A DNA stretch of 64,000 nt from assembly GCF_018350175.1 (NCBI RefSeq), contig NC_058368.1, forward strand, positions 133,178,001 to 133,242,000. The letters run 5' to 3'. Under the pieces are notes generated by a model. The model searched no databases. It saw only the letters and a program-made list of their open reading frames with translations, and was not told where the DNA came from. Numbering within the stretch: position 1 is the first letter of the stretch; every line of letters starts with the position of its first letter. This DNA is from Felis catus (Eukaryota). Positions 1 to 12,712 of the stretch are shown here, one piece after another. The translations under genes were made by a program, and so were the position numbers.

Positions 1-249
1 TCGTTATTTACGAAGTCAAATATTTAAAATTGTGCTTATTTGCCAATTGCATGTTTTACTTGAAAAGGATTTTTTGGCCCTTATTTTAGCAGGAGAGTAT
101 CTCTGCTCTCCAGGGACTCAGGATAAAAGTATTTCTAGCAAAATAAGGAGGAAATCACACTAGTTTTGGTTGCTATAGAGGCTGTCAGCTTATTACCACT
201 GGCCACACCCTCACTCGCTAGCAGCTGAAATGTCCCCCAAGTCAAGAAA

Positions 250-455
250 CTAGGTCCAAATCTCAGCTCTGCCACTTAATGGTCTTGGGATTTGCTGTCA
301 GTTTCTGCACTTCTGTAAGCCCCGGTTCTCTCATCTGGAAAATAGGAATAATCTGTATCACCTACCTTCATGATAGTTTGAAGATCACAATGAGGTCAGG
401 TACTTGAAAATGCTTGATAAACTATAAGGAACTGTAAAAATGTTGGCTGTCACTA
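250..455 (+). mobile_element. MIR SINE (ancient)
   Basis: MIR core similarity: ggtccaaatctcagctctgccactt...ttctctcatctggaaaataggaataat...cctaccttcatgatag. Confidence 0.75.
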
Positions 456-695
456 TTGTGACATTGGCTTACCTAAGTGAGCAGTGTCTGTGAGGCCTGA
501 GGTCATGCTAGATTTGGCCTTCTGCTGAGGAGCTATAAACAGAAACATACCTGGTCTAATTCAACTTTTTCACTTTTTGCACAAATGGGACTCAATTCGA
601 AGGTGCAAATTCAGGAAAGGCATGGTGATATTTTAGGTATTTTTCCTCTACCAGCGGGTAACAGGCTTCACAGATATGTGGAAGGGCCTGAAGTT

Positions 696-1279
696 TCCTC
701 CCTCCCTTTCTTTCTCTCTCCCTCCCTCTCTCCCTTCTTTCCTTCCTTCCTTCCTTCCTTCCTTCCTTCCTTCCTTCCTTCCTTCCTTCCTTCCTTCCTT
801 CCCTTCTTCCCTCCCTTCCCTCCTTCCTTCCTTCCTTCCCTCCCTTCTTCCTTCCTTTTTTCCTTCCTTCCTTCCCTCCCTTCTTCCTTACTTCTTTCCT
901 TCCTTCCTTCCCTCCTTCCTTCCTTCCTTCCTCCCTTCTTCCTTCCTTCCTTCCCTCCCTCCTTCCTTCCTTCCTTCCTTCCTTCCTTCCTTCCTTCCTT
1001 CCCTCCCTCCCTCCTTCCTTCCTTCCTTCCTTCCTTCCTTCCTTCCTTCCTTCCTTCCCTCCTTCCTTCCTTCCTTCCCTCCTTCCTTCCTTCCCTCCCT
1101 TCTTCCTTCCTTCCTTCCTTCCTTCCTTCCTTCCTTCCTTCCTTCCTTCCTTATTTCCTTCCTTCCTTCCTTCCTTATTTCCTTCCTTCCTTCCTTCCTT
1201 CCTTCCTTCCTTCCTTCCTTCCTTCCTTCCTTCCTTCCCTCCCTCCCTCCCTCCCTCCCTCCCTCCTTCCTTCCTTCCT
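696..1279. repeat. ~580 bp (CCTT)n/(AAGG)n microsatellite, polypyrimidine/polypurine tract
   Basis: Directly visible; almost purely C/T with CCCT and CCTTATTT variants. Explains the ORFs 585..1397, 592..1482 and 676..1281. Confidence 0.98.
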
Positions 1280-1397
1280 AGGAATACACAATAAGCAAGA
1301 GCAAACCCAGCACTCACTCTGGTGGAGCTTGCGTATTTATGCAGAAAGGAACGCTGGCTGTGTATTCTCATGTTTGACACAGTCCTCAGTAGACTGA

Positions 1398-1608
1398 ACA
1401 GTGCTTTACAGTTTGCCATAGCTATGCATGCATTTATGCATCTGATCCTGCCACCCACATCATCAGGAAGACGGAGAGGCACAATCTTTTGAAGTCAGAG
1501 AGGTTAGGTGACTTATCTAAGGTCATGCAGCAGATTAAGTTGTGGGGCCTGGCTCTGTGCCTTTCCCCTGGCACCCAGGTCAATGCCTTTTCCATGGCAC
1601 CACATTGA
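1398..1608 (-). mobile_element. MIR SINE
   Basis: agtcagagaggttaggtgacttatctaaggtcatgcagc matches the reverse complement of the MIR core. Confidence 0.65.
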
Positions 1609-2390
1609 CCAGCCCTTTTCATTCTCGTGTTTGCAGTGGGTTAAACTTAGCTCTGCTTTGATGAAGGAATGGAAATGACGGATTCCGCAAGAGAATCCTA
1701 GCTCACCTGAAAAGTGGGTTGGCTTCTATTGTGTGAAATGTAGTTTCACATGTAATTAAAAAAAGAAAACCCAGCAGCCAGAAATTAAAAAGCTAAAGAA
1801 ATAAGAAGCACTGGGAAGTCTCCAGTGACCTAAAAAGCTAGACAGTGAGGTCAGAGGGGCTGCAGAGTGGGGGAGGGGCCTAGTGGCTCAGCTCCTCTCT
1901 CTGAGGGAATATGTCCCCAGCCATCAATGGAATTACAGGAGATCGTTCTGAGGGATAAAGGGAGATAAGTGAGCCTGACAGAAAAGCTTGCAGAAAATGG
2001 AACAAAACTAGGAAAAGATGAGATGGGCTAAAAAAAGAAGCTCGGGAACCTGGGTAAGAGAAACAGCTTGCAATTCCTTGTCTCTCTTCATCGTGGTGGG
2101 AGAAAAAAGGTGCAGTGTTCGTTGCCAGCCCAACAGAGGGAAAGGGTCAGTCTGGGACTTGGCCAGCGATGGAAGTTTTACTCCTTCTTGCAAGCTCCTC
2201 TGGACATCGTGGCTCTCCAGTGGATGAGTTACTCACCTGATGGACCCTGGACCCCACAGGACTGCAGATCCCCCAAGGGCTGAGCTGCCATGTTCAGCTT
2301 TCACCACCAGAATGCAGCAGGCTGCCCCTGCCCAGAATGCAGCAGGCAGGTTAGCCAACAGGTATCATATGTGTGTAACATGTTAAGGTC

Positions 2391-2602
2391 GGGCACCTGG
2401 GGGGCTCAGTTGGTTAAGTGTCCAACTTCTGCTCAGGTCATGATCTCGTGGTGATTTATGAGTTTAAGCCCTGCCTCAGGCTCTGTGCTGACAGCTGGGA
2501 GCCTGAAGCCTACTTCAGATTCTGTGTCTCTCTCTCTGCCCCTCCCCTGCTTGCACACAGTGCCTCTCTCTCTCTCCAAAGTAAATAAACATTAAAAAAA
2601 TG
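2391..2602 (+). mobile_element. CanSINE (SINEC_Fc-type)
   Basis: gggcacctggggggctcagttggttaag head, (CT)n segment, aataaacattaaaaaaa tail; TSD tgttaaggtc at 2381-2390 and 2603-2612. Confidence 0.95.
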
Positions 2603-3422
2603 TGTTAAGGTCTTCAGAACCTAACTGAGATATTTTTTTGACACAAAATAAGAAATGAATACTTGATATATACCAACTATTTCCTGACTCCCGTGAGGTA
2701 AGGAGTAGACTTGGGGAATTAACTCTGGAGCATGAACACACAGATTAAGATGTGGAGCAATTTCCCTATAAATCAGGTCAACGTGAGTTTTTAAAAAATC
2801 CAAGTTTCTGAGAAATTGCTTCCTTCTCTGCCTTAATCAGAAGTATGGTTTGATCGTTGGCTCCTAAGTCTGACATGGGCTATATATATATCCTTCTGCC
2901 TCTCGGCAGGCACAAATAGCCAGCTCTCTGGCTTCACCTTCTGACACCTGAAGTAGAATACAAGAAAGAACTCTTTTCTGTGTCTGCCTCCCTACTCTCC
3001 TCTTCCACATTCTCCAGCCTCATCCATACTTTTAGGCTGGAATAATAAGACTTAGAACTCAGATGTCAGCTGCCTATTAGAGAAATTATCTCTAATTTCT
3101 CTAGAGTTTGGGGGCCACTTCCACAGTTGGCAGTCCAGTAGAATGACTTGAGCCGTCCTCTCCTTCTTGGGAGCCATTGTGCCCTCATGTCTCCAGGAGT
3201 TGTACGTAGCCTTGTTTCTTCTCTACCTCCAAAGTCCTGATTCTGTTGAATTCTTTTTTAATCTCTTCCTGTCTTTCCTGTCATATCCCTACATGGGCAT
3301 ATCCCTTTCTCCTCTAGTTCTCCAAGGTAGCCATGCATGTAGGCCATGATGTGCTGTGGTCTTTATTAGAGGACCATGCATATTGAAGCTGGTTACAATG
3401 CCATATCACCTAAGAGATGATT

Positions 3423-3640
3423 AAAAAAAATTTTTTTAATGTTTATTTTTGAGAGACAGAAAGAGAGACAGAGTGCAAGTGGGGGGAGGGGCAGAGAGAG
3501 AGGGAGACAGAATCTGAAGCAGATTCCAGGCTCTGAGCTGTCAGCACCGAGCCCGATGTAGGGCTTGAACTCACAAACTGTGAGATCATGGCCTGAGCAG
3601 AAGTCGGACACTTAACCGACTGAACCACCCAGGCGCCCCT
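3423..3640 (-). mobile_element. CanSINE (SINEC_Fc-type)
   Basis: Reverse head ...accacccaggcgcccc; 15-bp TSD acctaagagatgatt at 3408-3422 and 3641-3655. Confidence 0.96.
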
Positions 3641-5899
3641 ACCTAAGAGATGATTTTTTACAAAACTAGAAAGAATTAGATATTAGACACTCCTGTTGTT
3701 GGAACTTCTTATTTTTATTGGCCCTGTTCCCTACCATGTTTGCTTTAGTCTTCCAGTTTCTTTCTCCTTTCTCACACCTCCCTTTTCCCTCTCCCCAATC
3801 ACTTTATCCTCCCTTGCAGATCACCTTTGGAAAGTGACTCCCAGGAAGAAGGGGAGATACTGAGCTGAACCAGCCCCAAATTCTCCTTTTTTTTTTTTTC
3901 CAATTATGGGGCACATTGGGAAGGAATAACTCCCAGGAGAAGGGATGAGAACCAATGTGGAGAAAGGCTAGGAGGATTTGTCATCTTGGGAATTATCCTA
4001 AGTCTGTTGAAATTTGTTAGTTTGCCATTCTTTATTCTCAGCCTAGCCAGACTAGCTTTCATATCTAAATGTAAAAACAGTGGCCAAAAAGAGTCTGTGA
4101 TTTTCAGTGCTTCATTGAACAGATAGTTTCATAGAACATTCTCCTTTTGCTTTTAACTGCCACCATTCTTTTTCAGATGTCAGGTGTAACATGCCAAACA
4201 GCAGGCATCTTGAACCTTTATTGTTGGCTTTTGTTTTCCTCTTATTTCATGACAGCTATCATTTAAAATCAACATTTATTGAGCACCTAATGATAGCTCT
4301 GAGCTAGGAATGGTGGAGTATATGAATGTGATTCAGACATGCTTCCTGTCCTCAAGGAACTCATGATCCGATAGGAAGTAAATATAAGGTTGTGCTATAA
4401 CCTTTAATGTGCTTCTGAAGACATTATACTGTAACACATAACAAAACAGAAACTCACCTGTTAAGGCCAGATTTGCACAGCTAATAAGTGATAGACCAGA
4501 ATTGGAACCTAGGTTTTCACTCTTGGTCTTATCTCCTTCCTGTTTCCTGTTCCACTCTTGGTGTATCACCCCTGCTGTCAGCACTTTCCAGGAAAGAGAA
4601 ACGACTATTCTGAAAGGAGTATTCTGAAAATGACTGGATTGGTTCTAGATATAGAGGAAACTCATCAGCTCTTGGGAAAAAGAATATGTTGTGGAAGATA
4701 GTAGCTTTCCTCTTTTCCTTTTTTTTTTTTTTTCTTAAAGGCAGTGTCCAAAACCATTTCAGCCTCAATATGTCATATCAGGATGATTTTTGGGAGAATT
4801 GTACTCCAGGGAATATTTAGGTTTTTTTTTTTTTGTTTTTTTTTCTGGTTACCTAGATGTGAGTTGTTGTTTTATGAGGGTTCTTTTCCTACTCTTGGGT
4901 AGATTTTAAAGCAAATGTTACTTGTTTGAGTTGAATAATTGTTGACATCTCAGAGGCCAATCAGTAAATGTTTACTGAATGCATTATTAGGCAAATTATA
5001 TAATAAAGTCTATTTTGACACAATTCACTATTGTTAAAAGCTTATGTTGATTTCTCCTAGTGTGAGAAAACCCAACAAAGAAGGTAAGAAACATGAATGT
5101 ACAAAGCCTGTGAGGTGGTGCAATCCTAGAAAATAGAGAGGTGGAACACATACTGAGTTACTTTTCAACACCTCCTAAGCCAGGTTTTCGTACCACAGCT
5201 TTATTTTCTTTATTCAGGGCTTTGTACATTCCAGAACAGCCATCTGCCATTTTGAACTATATGTATGCTTCTGCATCCAGAGCCACAAAACAGAGAAATG
5301 GTGATAATCTTTATCATTATTGTGTTGCTGATCTGTCAGCTCCTGAAGACTGCCCTACTTCTGGATCTGCTTCCTCATTGTTGGGTCAGATTGATTTGAG
5401 GCTTTCAATTATTTGCACAAAAACCAAAGCAAATACACTTATCTACCAGTTTGGATTGTCTCTTTTCCTGGACTCTCCCATTAGCATAAACAATTGAGAG
5501 TTGGATAGTTCTGGGACTCCGGTCTCTGATAGTGCCAAAGTTTTTCTGTGGTGCTGTATACAAATTATCAAAATGTGTGGGGGTCATTTCTCTGCTCTGG
5601 TCACAGATACACGTGTGAAAGTTGTGTGTGTATTAAATTGTGGCAAAAACAATTAATGGTGGTTAATATAAATTAACTAGCCCCTGGAATGGTGTCTGGC
5701 ATAAAACGCTCAGTAAATATTTGTTGACTGTCTGACTATAGGTCTCTGATAAATGTATTTTACATTATTATTTCTTTCTTTAAACTGTCATTATGTTATT
5801 AAATACTTGCCCTCATATGGCTTACTGGGTTTAAATATGTCTTATCATATTACTGGGTATTGTTTGATAAATAATAGCATTGTTGTTTGACAATAATAA

Positions 5900-6560
5900 T
5901 GATAGTTATCATTTATTATTTTCTACGTGCTAAGATCTGTGATAAGTGTTTAATATATGTTATTTAATTTCATCTTGTTAGATTTCTATAAGGTATTATT
6001 ATCCCCATTTTATAGATGAGGAAATTGAAGCTGTTCCTTTATGAAAACATTCTTAACTTTAATATATTCAAATTTATGAATCTTTTTATTTAAGAATCAT
6101 TGTTCTATGTGTCTTCTTTAAGAAATCTTTCCTTACTCTAGGGTCTAAAATACATTCACTTAAATTCTCTTTTAAAAGTTTTAATATTTTGTTTTCGACA
6201 TGTAAGACTTTAATTTATCTGGAGTTGATTTTTACATTTAAGATGGCTTAGGGGGTCCCTTTTATCTTACTCCATATGGAAAGTTATTTTATTTTTTAGC
6301 AGTTTAAAATATATCACCTATATGCAACAATACAAATGAATCTCCAATATGACGGCTAATGATAAGAATAGGTCATGAACCAAGGGTTATAATGAACCAG
6401 ATTCCTGTCTGTCTGAGGTACTGGGGGGAAGGAAATAAACAAACCCAAATCTAAAAGCAGTTAAATGACTTGCCCAACCTCACTTGGCAAGGAAAGTGGT
6501 GGAACTGGGACTCAGAACCAGTTCATCCAACTCCAGATGCCAAGTTTTCCATTAGACAAA
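5900..6560 (-). mobile_element. MIR split by an old L1 fragment (~6035-6300)
   Basis: attatccccattttatagatgaggaaattgaag (5998-6030) resumes at gttaaatgacttgcccaacctcac (~6460); the intervening ttaagaaatctttccttactctagg...ttaatttatctggagttgattttt is L1 ORF2-like in antisense. Confidence 0.6.
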
Positions 6561-6974
6561 TGGGGCACAGTCAATTCAGAATCTTTCTAGATATGGTATC
6601 TAGATATGGTATCTAGAATGGTATCATTCTTTATTAAGGTATGAGCATTTGAGATACGCTATAATTCCTACTGCTAAACCAAATACCATACAAAGTTAGT
6701 AGGCTCTAGAACTCACTCCCTTCCTGAATCCCTGAGGTCCATGATGCATTAGTTACCTCCTCTCTCCCCTGCATATTCTTCCTCTGTGTCTTCCAGGTTC
6801 CTTTCTAATATGGCATGTACTTGAGTTCTTGAGTTTGCTTGGATATGCTTGCATCTTTGCATCTTGATTGAAGAAGCACAAAACCCCCCTTGATCACATC
6901 CACATCCCCCTCTCAACACATGAAATATCCTAATATAATTCTCCCCTCTTTGGCTCCCTCTGTACAGAAAGCTG

Positions 6975-7076
6975 TGTGGGAGCAGGGCCAACTGCCCTAT
7001 TCACTGTTGCACCTAGTCCCAAGTGCAATGGCCAACACATAGTAGGCCCTCAGTAAATGTTGGTCTAATGAATGAG
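6975..7076 (+). mobile_element. L2 LINE 3' end
   Basis: cacatagtaggccctcagtaaatgttggtctaatgaatga, the typical L2 terminus. Confidence 0.7.
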
Positions 7077-7169
7077 GAAAGATGATTATGCTTACCCACT
7101 TCTCATTCACTATTTCTAGTTTCTGCCTCACCCCAGGCTTTTAAATGTGTCATGTTTTGTTTTTTGTGT

Positions 7170-7497
7170 TTTTTTGGTAAACAATAGAAATTTATCTCTT
7201 ATAATTTTGGATGCTGGAAGTCCAAGATCAAGGTGTCAGCAGGTTTGGGTTTTCCTAAGGCCCCTCTCCTTGACTTGCAGATGGCTGTCTTCTCTCTTTG
7301 TCCTCACATGGCCTTTGCTTTGTGTGTGTGCACATTCCTGGTGTCTCTTCCTTTCCTATCCTATTGGATTAGAGCACCACCCTTCCGACTTCATTTCAAC
7401 TGCATTACCTCTTTAAAGGCTGGATCTCAAAATACAAGCACCCTGAGGATTAGGGCTTCAACAAGACCTTTGAGGAGACACATTTCAGTCCATAACA
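7170..7497 (-). mobile_element. MaLR solo LTR, MLT1A-like
   Basis: ggatgctggaagtccaagatcaaggtgtcagcagg...agggcttcaaca...cagtccataaca. Confidence 0.85.
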
Positions 7498-8724
7498 AAG
7501 ACTTACTGAGTTACTTACAAATAAGCAATGAATCGGGTTGTTAAAAATGATCCTGTTACTTGAGGCTTCAGCAGGGTCCAGTTTGCATTCTGCCATGAAG
7601 CCTGGCAGCCATGTGTATTCATGTACCTATGGCATCTGGGTTTTTTGGCAGTGTAGCCTCAATTCTTCTACGTGGTGGCATTGTCAATAAAAGTGCCCCA
7701 TTTTGAGGTGAGAGAATTCAAAGTTACTCTAGATGGGTAGCTGGCGATTTAATAAGCCAGTATTGTTGCCAGGCACACTGTGGCCATGTGTTTCCATTCT
7801 AGTAACTGGGTTCTTGCTTCTTTCCTAGTTAGTAAGCTTCTGCATCTCATTTTGCTTCCAGTAAACAGGTCCCTGCTCAGCCAGTTCCTCAGGCAGGTGT
7901 CCAGGGGACATGAGCCCTGTAGTGAGCCTTGGTCCTCTTGACTGAGTCCCTGCCACCATCCACACATGCCCCTGATGTATTTCTGCCTTCAGCCATCAAC
8001 CAAGAGGCTTCTCTGTGCAGCCCCGAGCCCAGACTCCCTGACACATAGCCTCATTCTTGCTTTCTATTGGGGCTTCCCAGGGAGCTATCTTATATCACTC
8101 CAGTCTCTGAGTCCTCTCATCTTCTCCTTGCTTGCTCTAATACTGCTGAGCCCCAGAGGGACACAGCACCCATTTAGGATGTCCTTAGAATCACCTGAGG
8201 CAGAACCACTGATCCTCGGATTCTTGTGTTCCATGAAGAATGGAAGGCTGGGTTAGAAAGGCAGGCAAGCAGCAGAGAGGAAAGCCCCAGGAAACTGGCA
8301 GTAGCCATGGTGTTGTTCCAGGTCCCACACCCAGATGGGAGGGGAGATTTTATCCCATTGGGAGTGGGTGACCCGAGCTGAGGAGGGTGTGTGTATGTAC
8401 TGGGGTGCAGGAATCATATCTTACTTGTCTTTTTATCCCCAACACCTGCTACAGAGCCTGACACAACAGGTGATCAGTAAGTAGCCATTATGGAATGGCA
8501 TGAACACATTCTAGCCTAAGCTGTTTCCCCAACACCTCGTGACCCTGTGTGACAATGAACTAGTCAATTCACCTTTGAGCTTTGTCTAAGTGTAGGTCAT
8601 AGGGACTTGCATACTGTTGTTTCAAGGATGAAATAATTTAATGCACATGGGAATGTGACATCAGTAGCCTCCAACATTTTTCCTCATGTTCCCCTATTAG
8701 TAGGAAGTTTAATATGCATCCCTC

Positions 8725-8754
8725 TATATCTATGTATATCTTTATCTCTCTCTC

Positions 8755-8785
<31 letters not shown>

Positions 8786-8840
8786 GTATATTTATATATA
8801 TATAACATGTATGTTCTATTATATATTTACATAGTATATG
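8725..8840. repeat. Compound (TC)n(TA)n(TAGA)n microsatellite
   Basis: Directly visible. Confidence 0.85.
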
Positions 8841-8974
8841 TTTTTAATGGACAAGGCAAACAATAGACATTGTAATATATTCGTTCTGTAACCCATTGAA
8901 TAATCTTGTATACCCTTGGGGTGTGTTTATCTTACTTTGGATATCATGACTGTAAAGTCTGATATACACATGAT

Positions 8975-9848
8975 ACACATGGGGGAAAAGATGAGATGCT
9001 GAACTGCTCTTACTCCCAACACTTCTGACATCAAATGCATAGTGTCTTTTCCAACCACGTCAGCTCTCTGACACCAGATGTGTCCCAATGTTCCATTCAA
9101 TTCTGACATTATCTACCTGGAGTTAATGCCAGATCCTATAAGTTCAGGGCTCAGTCCCACAAGACTGCCCCCACTTTAGATGCCAGTCACAAGCCCCAGA
9201 TTGTCACTAGTACTTCTAACTAACCAACTGTAAATTCCGGGGGTTCCCACAGCTGCCTCCTTAGGCTTGGTAATTTGCTAGAATGACTCACAGAACTCAG
9301 GAAAGTTCTTTACTTGCTTGTTTATTATAAAGGATACAACTTAGGAACTTCTAAATGGAAGAGGTGTATAGGACAAAGTATGGAGGAAGGGATACCTAGC
9401 TTCCATGCCCTCTCCAGGTACATCACTTTCCCAGTACCTTGATGTGTTCACCAACTTGGAAATTCTCTAAATCCCATTGTTTAGTTTTCTTTTTTTTAAT
9501 GGAGGTTTTATTACATAGGCATGATTCATGAAATCGTTGGTGCTTTGGTGATCGAACTCAATCTCCAGCCACTCTTGTCTCCCCAGAGGTGGGGAGGGGG
9601 TGGGGACTGAAAGCTCTAACCCTCTGATCACAGGGTTAGTTCCACAGGCCAACATCCCCCATTCCTAAACTATCTAGGAGCCCATCAAGGGTCATCTTAT
9701 TAGCATAACCTCAGACTGGGTTGAAAGGGGCTTGTTATGAATAACAAAAGATGGTCCTATTACCTTTACCATTCAGGAAATTCTGAAGGTCTTAGAAGCT
9801 CTGTGTCAGGACCAAGGAAGACCAATATGTATTCCTTATGATATCACA
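8975..9848 (-). mobile_element. MER21-like ERVL solo LTR
   Basis: caattctgacattatctacctggagtt...gggctcagtcccacaagactgcccccactt...gactcacagaactcagg, ending atatcaca (reverse of the TGTGATAT LTR start). Confidence 0.85.
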
Positions 9849-11863
9849 GATGTCTATGAATTACTGCTCACATTAGCATTTCACTGGCTGAAGAGTAATG
9901 CCCATTGCCCATTAAAATTTGTCTGATCAATAAAATACATCATCTCCATGGTAAAAATACACACCAGTTCCTCCACCTCATAGGACTGAGTAAAAATTCT
10001 TTCATTTAGAAATGCTGGTCATTGGCTCTCAAGCAGAAAAGGTTGCTCACCACTAGGTTAATGTCATTAGTAACCATTTGTGTTTTCAGAGATGTAAATT
10101 CTTGGGCTTGTTAAAGCAAAATGCTCCCCAGGGTACTATAAACAGATGTTGTGGAGGCATTATCCACATTAACAGAGAAAACTTCACTCTTCCTTTTGCT
10201 CCATCAAAGAAGTTACATTGGTAATAAGCCAAGGTCTGCTGATACTTTCATTTAACATGTCCTCACTGAATGTCAGGCACTGGCCTAATCCCTGGAAATG
10301 AGAGTACGCATGAGTGATATGCGTTTTGCCTTTGTGCAATTGACACATGAGCTGAGGTGAAAGACAACAATAAACACATGGAACAATTCTGTGGCAAATC
10401 CTCTCAATGCTGATATACAGAACTGTAGGGGCAAGGGTAGGCACAGAACCTCCTGAGAGTCAAGGAAGTTCCTTGTAGAAGTGTCCCTGTCAGCTCTGTC
10501 TGAAGGCTGGGAAGCCTTAGAAAGAGGGTGTATAAACGGGTGATGGGACAGAGTGGTGGAAAGCATGGGTGGGGAAGGGTTTAGCAAGCCTGATGACTGA
10601 GAGGAAGCTAATGTGGTTGGAGAACAGTGAGCTGGGGGAGAGGGGCACAACACATAGTTGGAGCGGAGGACCCTTTGGGCACCTGGGATGGGGGATGAAG
10701 AGAGGTGTGGGATAGAAGCAACAAGAAAAAACATAGGCTGATAGTTCCACATTTCATCTTTCTATATTTTCTCCTAGTAAAGTTCTGAACAACATCTTAT
10801 ACCCCACTTTTAGTCACCCCCAACCCCCGCCTGCCACCTCATTGTCCCCAGTGGGGAGCTGGGGCAGGAAAGCAGCAAAGGCAGTTTCTGGAAATGAGTT
10901 TTTTCATGTGAACGTTCCTCAGAGGCTTCCACTGCATGGAGAAGATTAGAGTATTAAACCGACTGCAAAGGGGAAGAAGCTGCCCAGGTTCTGCTTTGTA
11001 ATATCAAAATAGGGTCTGAATATCAAGACAGTAACAGTGTCTTGAGAGAAAAAGATGTTTTGAACATTTATGAGCTAAGATCCTGTACTATACAATGGCC
11101 AAAGAGGATGGGAGCTTTCTCTACTCCCAGAAATGAGGTGTTTCTTAGGCTGCAGGGCAGAGCTGAGGAGCAGACCAGGGTCTGGGCCCCTCACAGAGTG
11201 TGGTGACATGGGCTTCCAGAAAAGTGGGAGCAGAAGAGTAAAGAATGAGTCTTAGTTTTCTGTCAGAAGAAATAGTGCCCTCACTGGACACTTCTTGCAC
11301 CCTGAAGGACTGGCGTGTGGGGGGAAGGGAATGAATCAGGTTGAAAGGAAAGGGGTGTTCTCAGGTCAGAGTGAGTTTTCACTTAAAACAAAGAGGCAGA
11401 ATGGGTACTGAAAAGGCGAGGATTGGGGGACTTGTTTTTCATGGGCTGTGTCTTCTAGGAAAACTTGGAAGTCAGCCTTGTGACTCCTCTTGTGAGAGGA
11501 GATCAGGTCAGGAGAAATGAAGCATAGAGTTGGTACACAAGATAATCAGAGGGATTTAAACATCTAGGTCTGGAACCAGGCTGTGTGGCTTTGAGATGGT
11601 GGGTTTATGGGGCAATGAGGCTTCCACCTTCAGTAACCTGGGAAGGACTCAGACTTCCAGGAGGAGCCTTGACCAGAGAAGCAGGGATTCCTATCGGCAA
11701 CCTCTTATTGAAGGAGTATTTATGAGATTGTGGCCCCTGAGATGGAAATGATGGTGACAGGCTGTGTCAAGTCTTGTATCCTTCAGAGAACCTTATGCTT
11801 TATGTGGCCCCTACTAGGCACTTAGAAAGTATGTAATGAATGAATAAAATTGTGCCTTCACGT

Positions 11864-12712
11864 TGTGTTAGTTTTCTAGGATTTCTGTACCTGATGGCTT
11901 AAACAACAGAATCTTTTCTCACGGTTCTGGAGACCAGAAGTCAAAGATTAAGGTGTCCATAGGGTTGGTTCTCTATGAGGGCCTTGAGGGACAATCTACA
12001 GGGGCAGAGGCAGACTACCCCAAGATGGGCCATTCTTGCATGAAGATTATTTTGAGATCCTGTGGGCTAAAGAGAAAATTTTTCCTCTCCCTTAATGATG
12101 TAGAAGAATCTAAACTGGGAGTCTTTCCCAGAATAAGAGTTATTAGCAGAGCCAAACACTATCTGAGTGGCCCATCTATATGCCAGGACAAACAACTAAT
12201 TACCAACAACTAAGTACCTACCTTTTCCTTGTTAGTTCGGGATGACATATAGACCTCATTTTGCCTGTCTTTGGAATTTCCATGTGTATGTGGATTCCTC
12301 ATACATATGCTATTAAACCTGATTTTCCCCTGTTAATCTTTCTCATTTCAATGTGAGTCTTAGTCTAGCTAGAAGGACTTTGGATGGGACAGGAGTTCTT
12401 TCTCCCTGTCAGCTCTGTGCCTTCCTCTAGCTTCTGTGGTGTGCCAGTTATCTTTGGCATTTGTTGGCTTATAGGTACATCACCCTGATCTCTGCTGTCA
12501 TGTTCAATGGTGTTCTTCCTGTCTCTCTGGCTTCACAAGGTTGTCCTCTTATAATGACACTAGTCATATTGAATTAGGGGCCACCCTACTCCATTGTAGC
12601 CTTTTCTTAACTAATTACATCAGCCATGACCCTGTTTCCAAGTAAGGTGACATTCTGAGGTAGTGAGGACTTCAGCATATGAACTTTTTGGAAACACACT
12701 TCAACCCATAAA
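11864..12712 (-). mobile_element. MLT1B/C-like MaLR LTR interrupted by a second LTR
   Basis: ggcttaaacaacagaa...ctcacggttctggagaccagaagtc (11893-11995), then ctagcttctgtgg...gtcatattgaattaggggccaccctactcca...caacccataa (12411-12712). Confidence 0.8.
11997..12410 (+). mobile_element. MER34-family-like ERV1 solo LTR nested in the MLT1
   Basis: taccccaagatgggcc...gattattttgag start, attaaa poly(A) signal, ttttcccctgttaatct, ends ctccctgtca; cleanly splits the MLT1. Confidence 0.65.

Noticed and set aside
585..1482. Three long ORFs (270, 296 and 201 aa)
   Set aside because: Artefacts of the stop-free (CCTT)n microsatellite; low-complexity PSFL and GRKE translations.
2391..2460. tRNA-like A/B box sequences at SINE heads
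   Set aside because: These are tRNA-derived CanSINE heads, not tRNA genes.
6586..6625. 13-bp unit repeated three times (tctagatatggta)
   Set aside because: Ordinary slippage duplication with no spacers, not CRISPR-like. The same applies to 46462-46505 and 50447-50477.
10285..10752. 155-aa minus-strand ORF
   Set aside because: Ser/Pro-rich translation of degraded L2-like purine-rich sequence.
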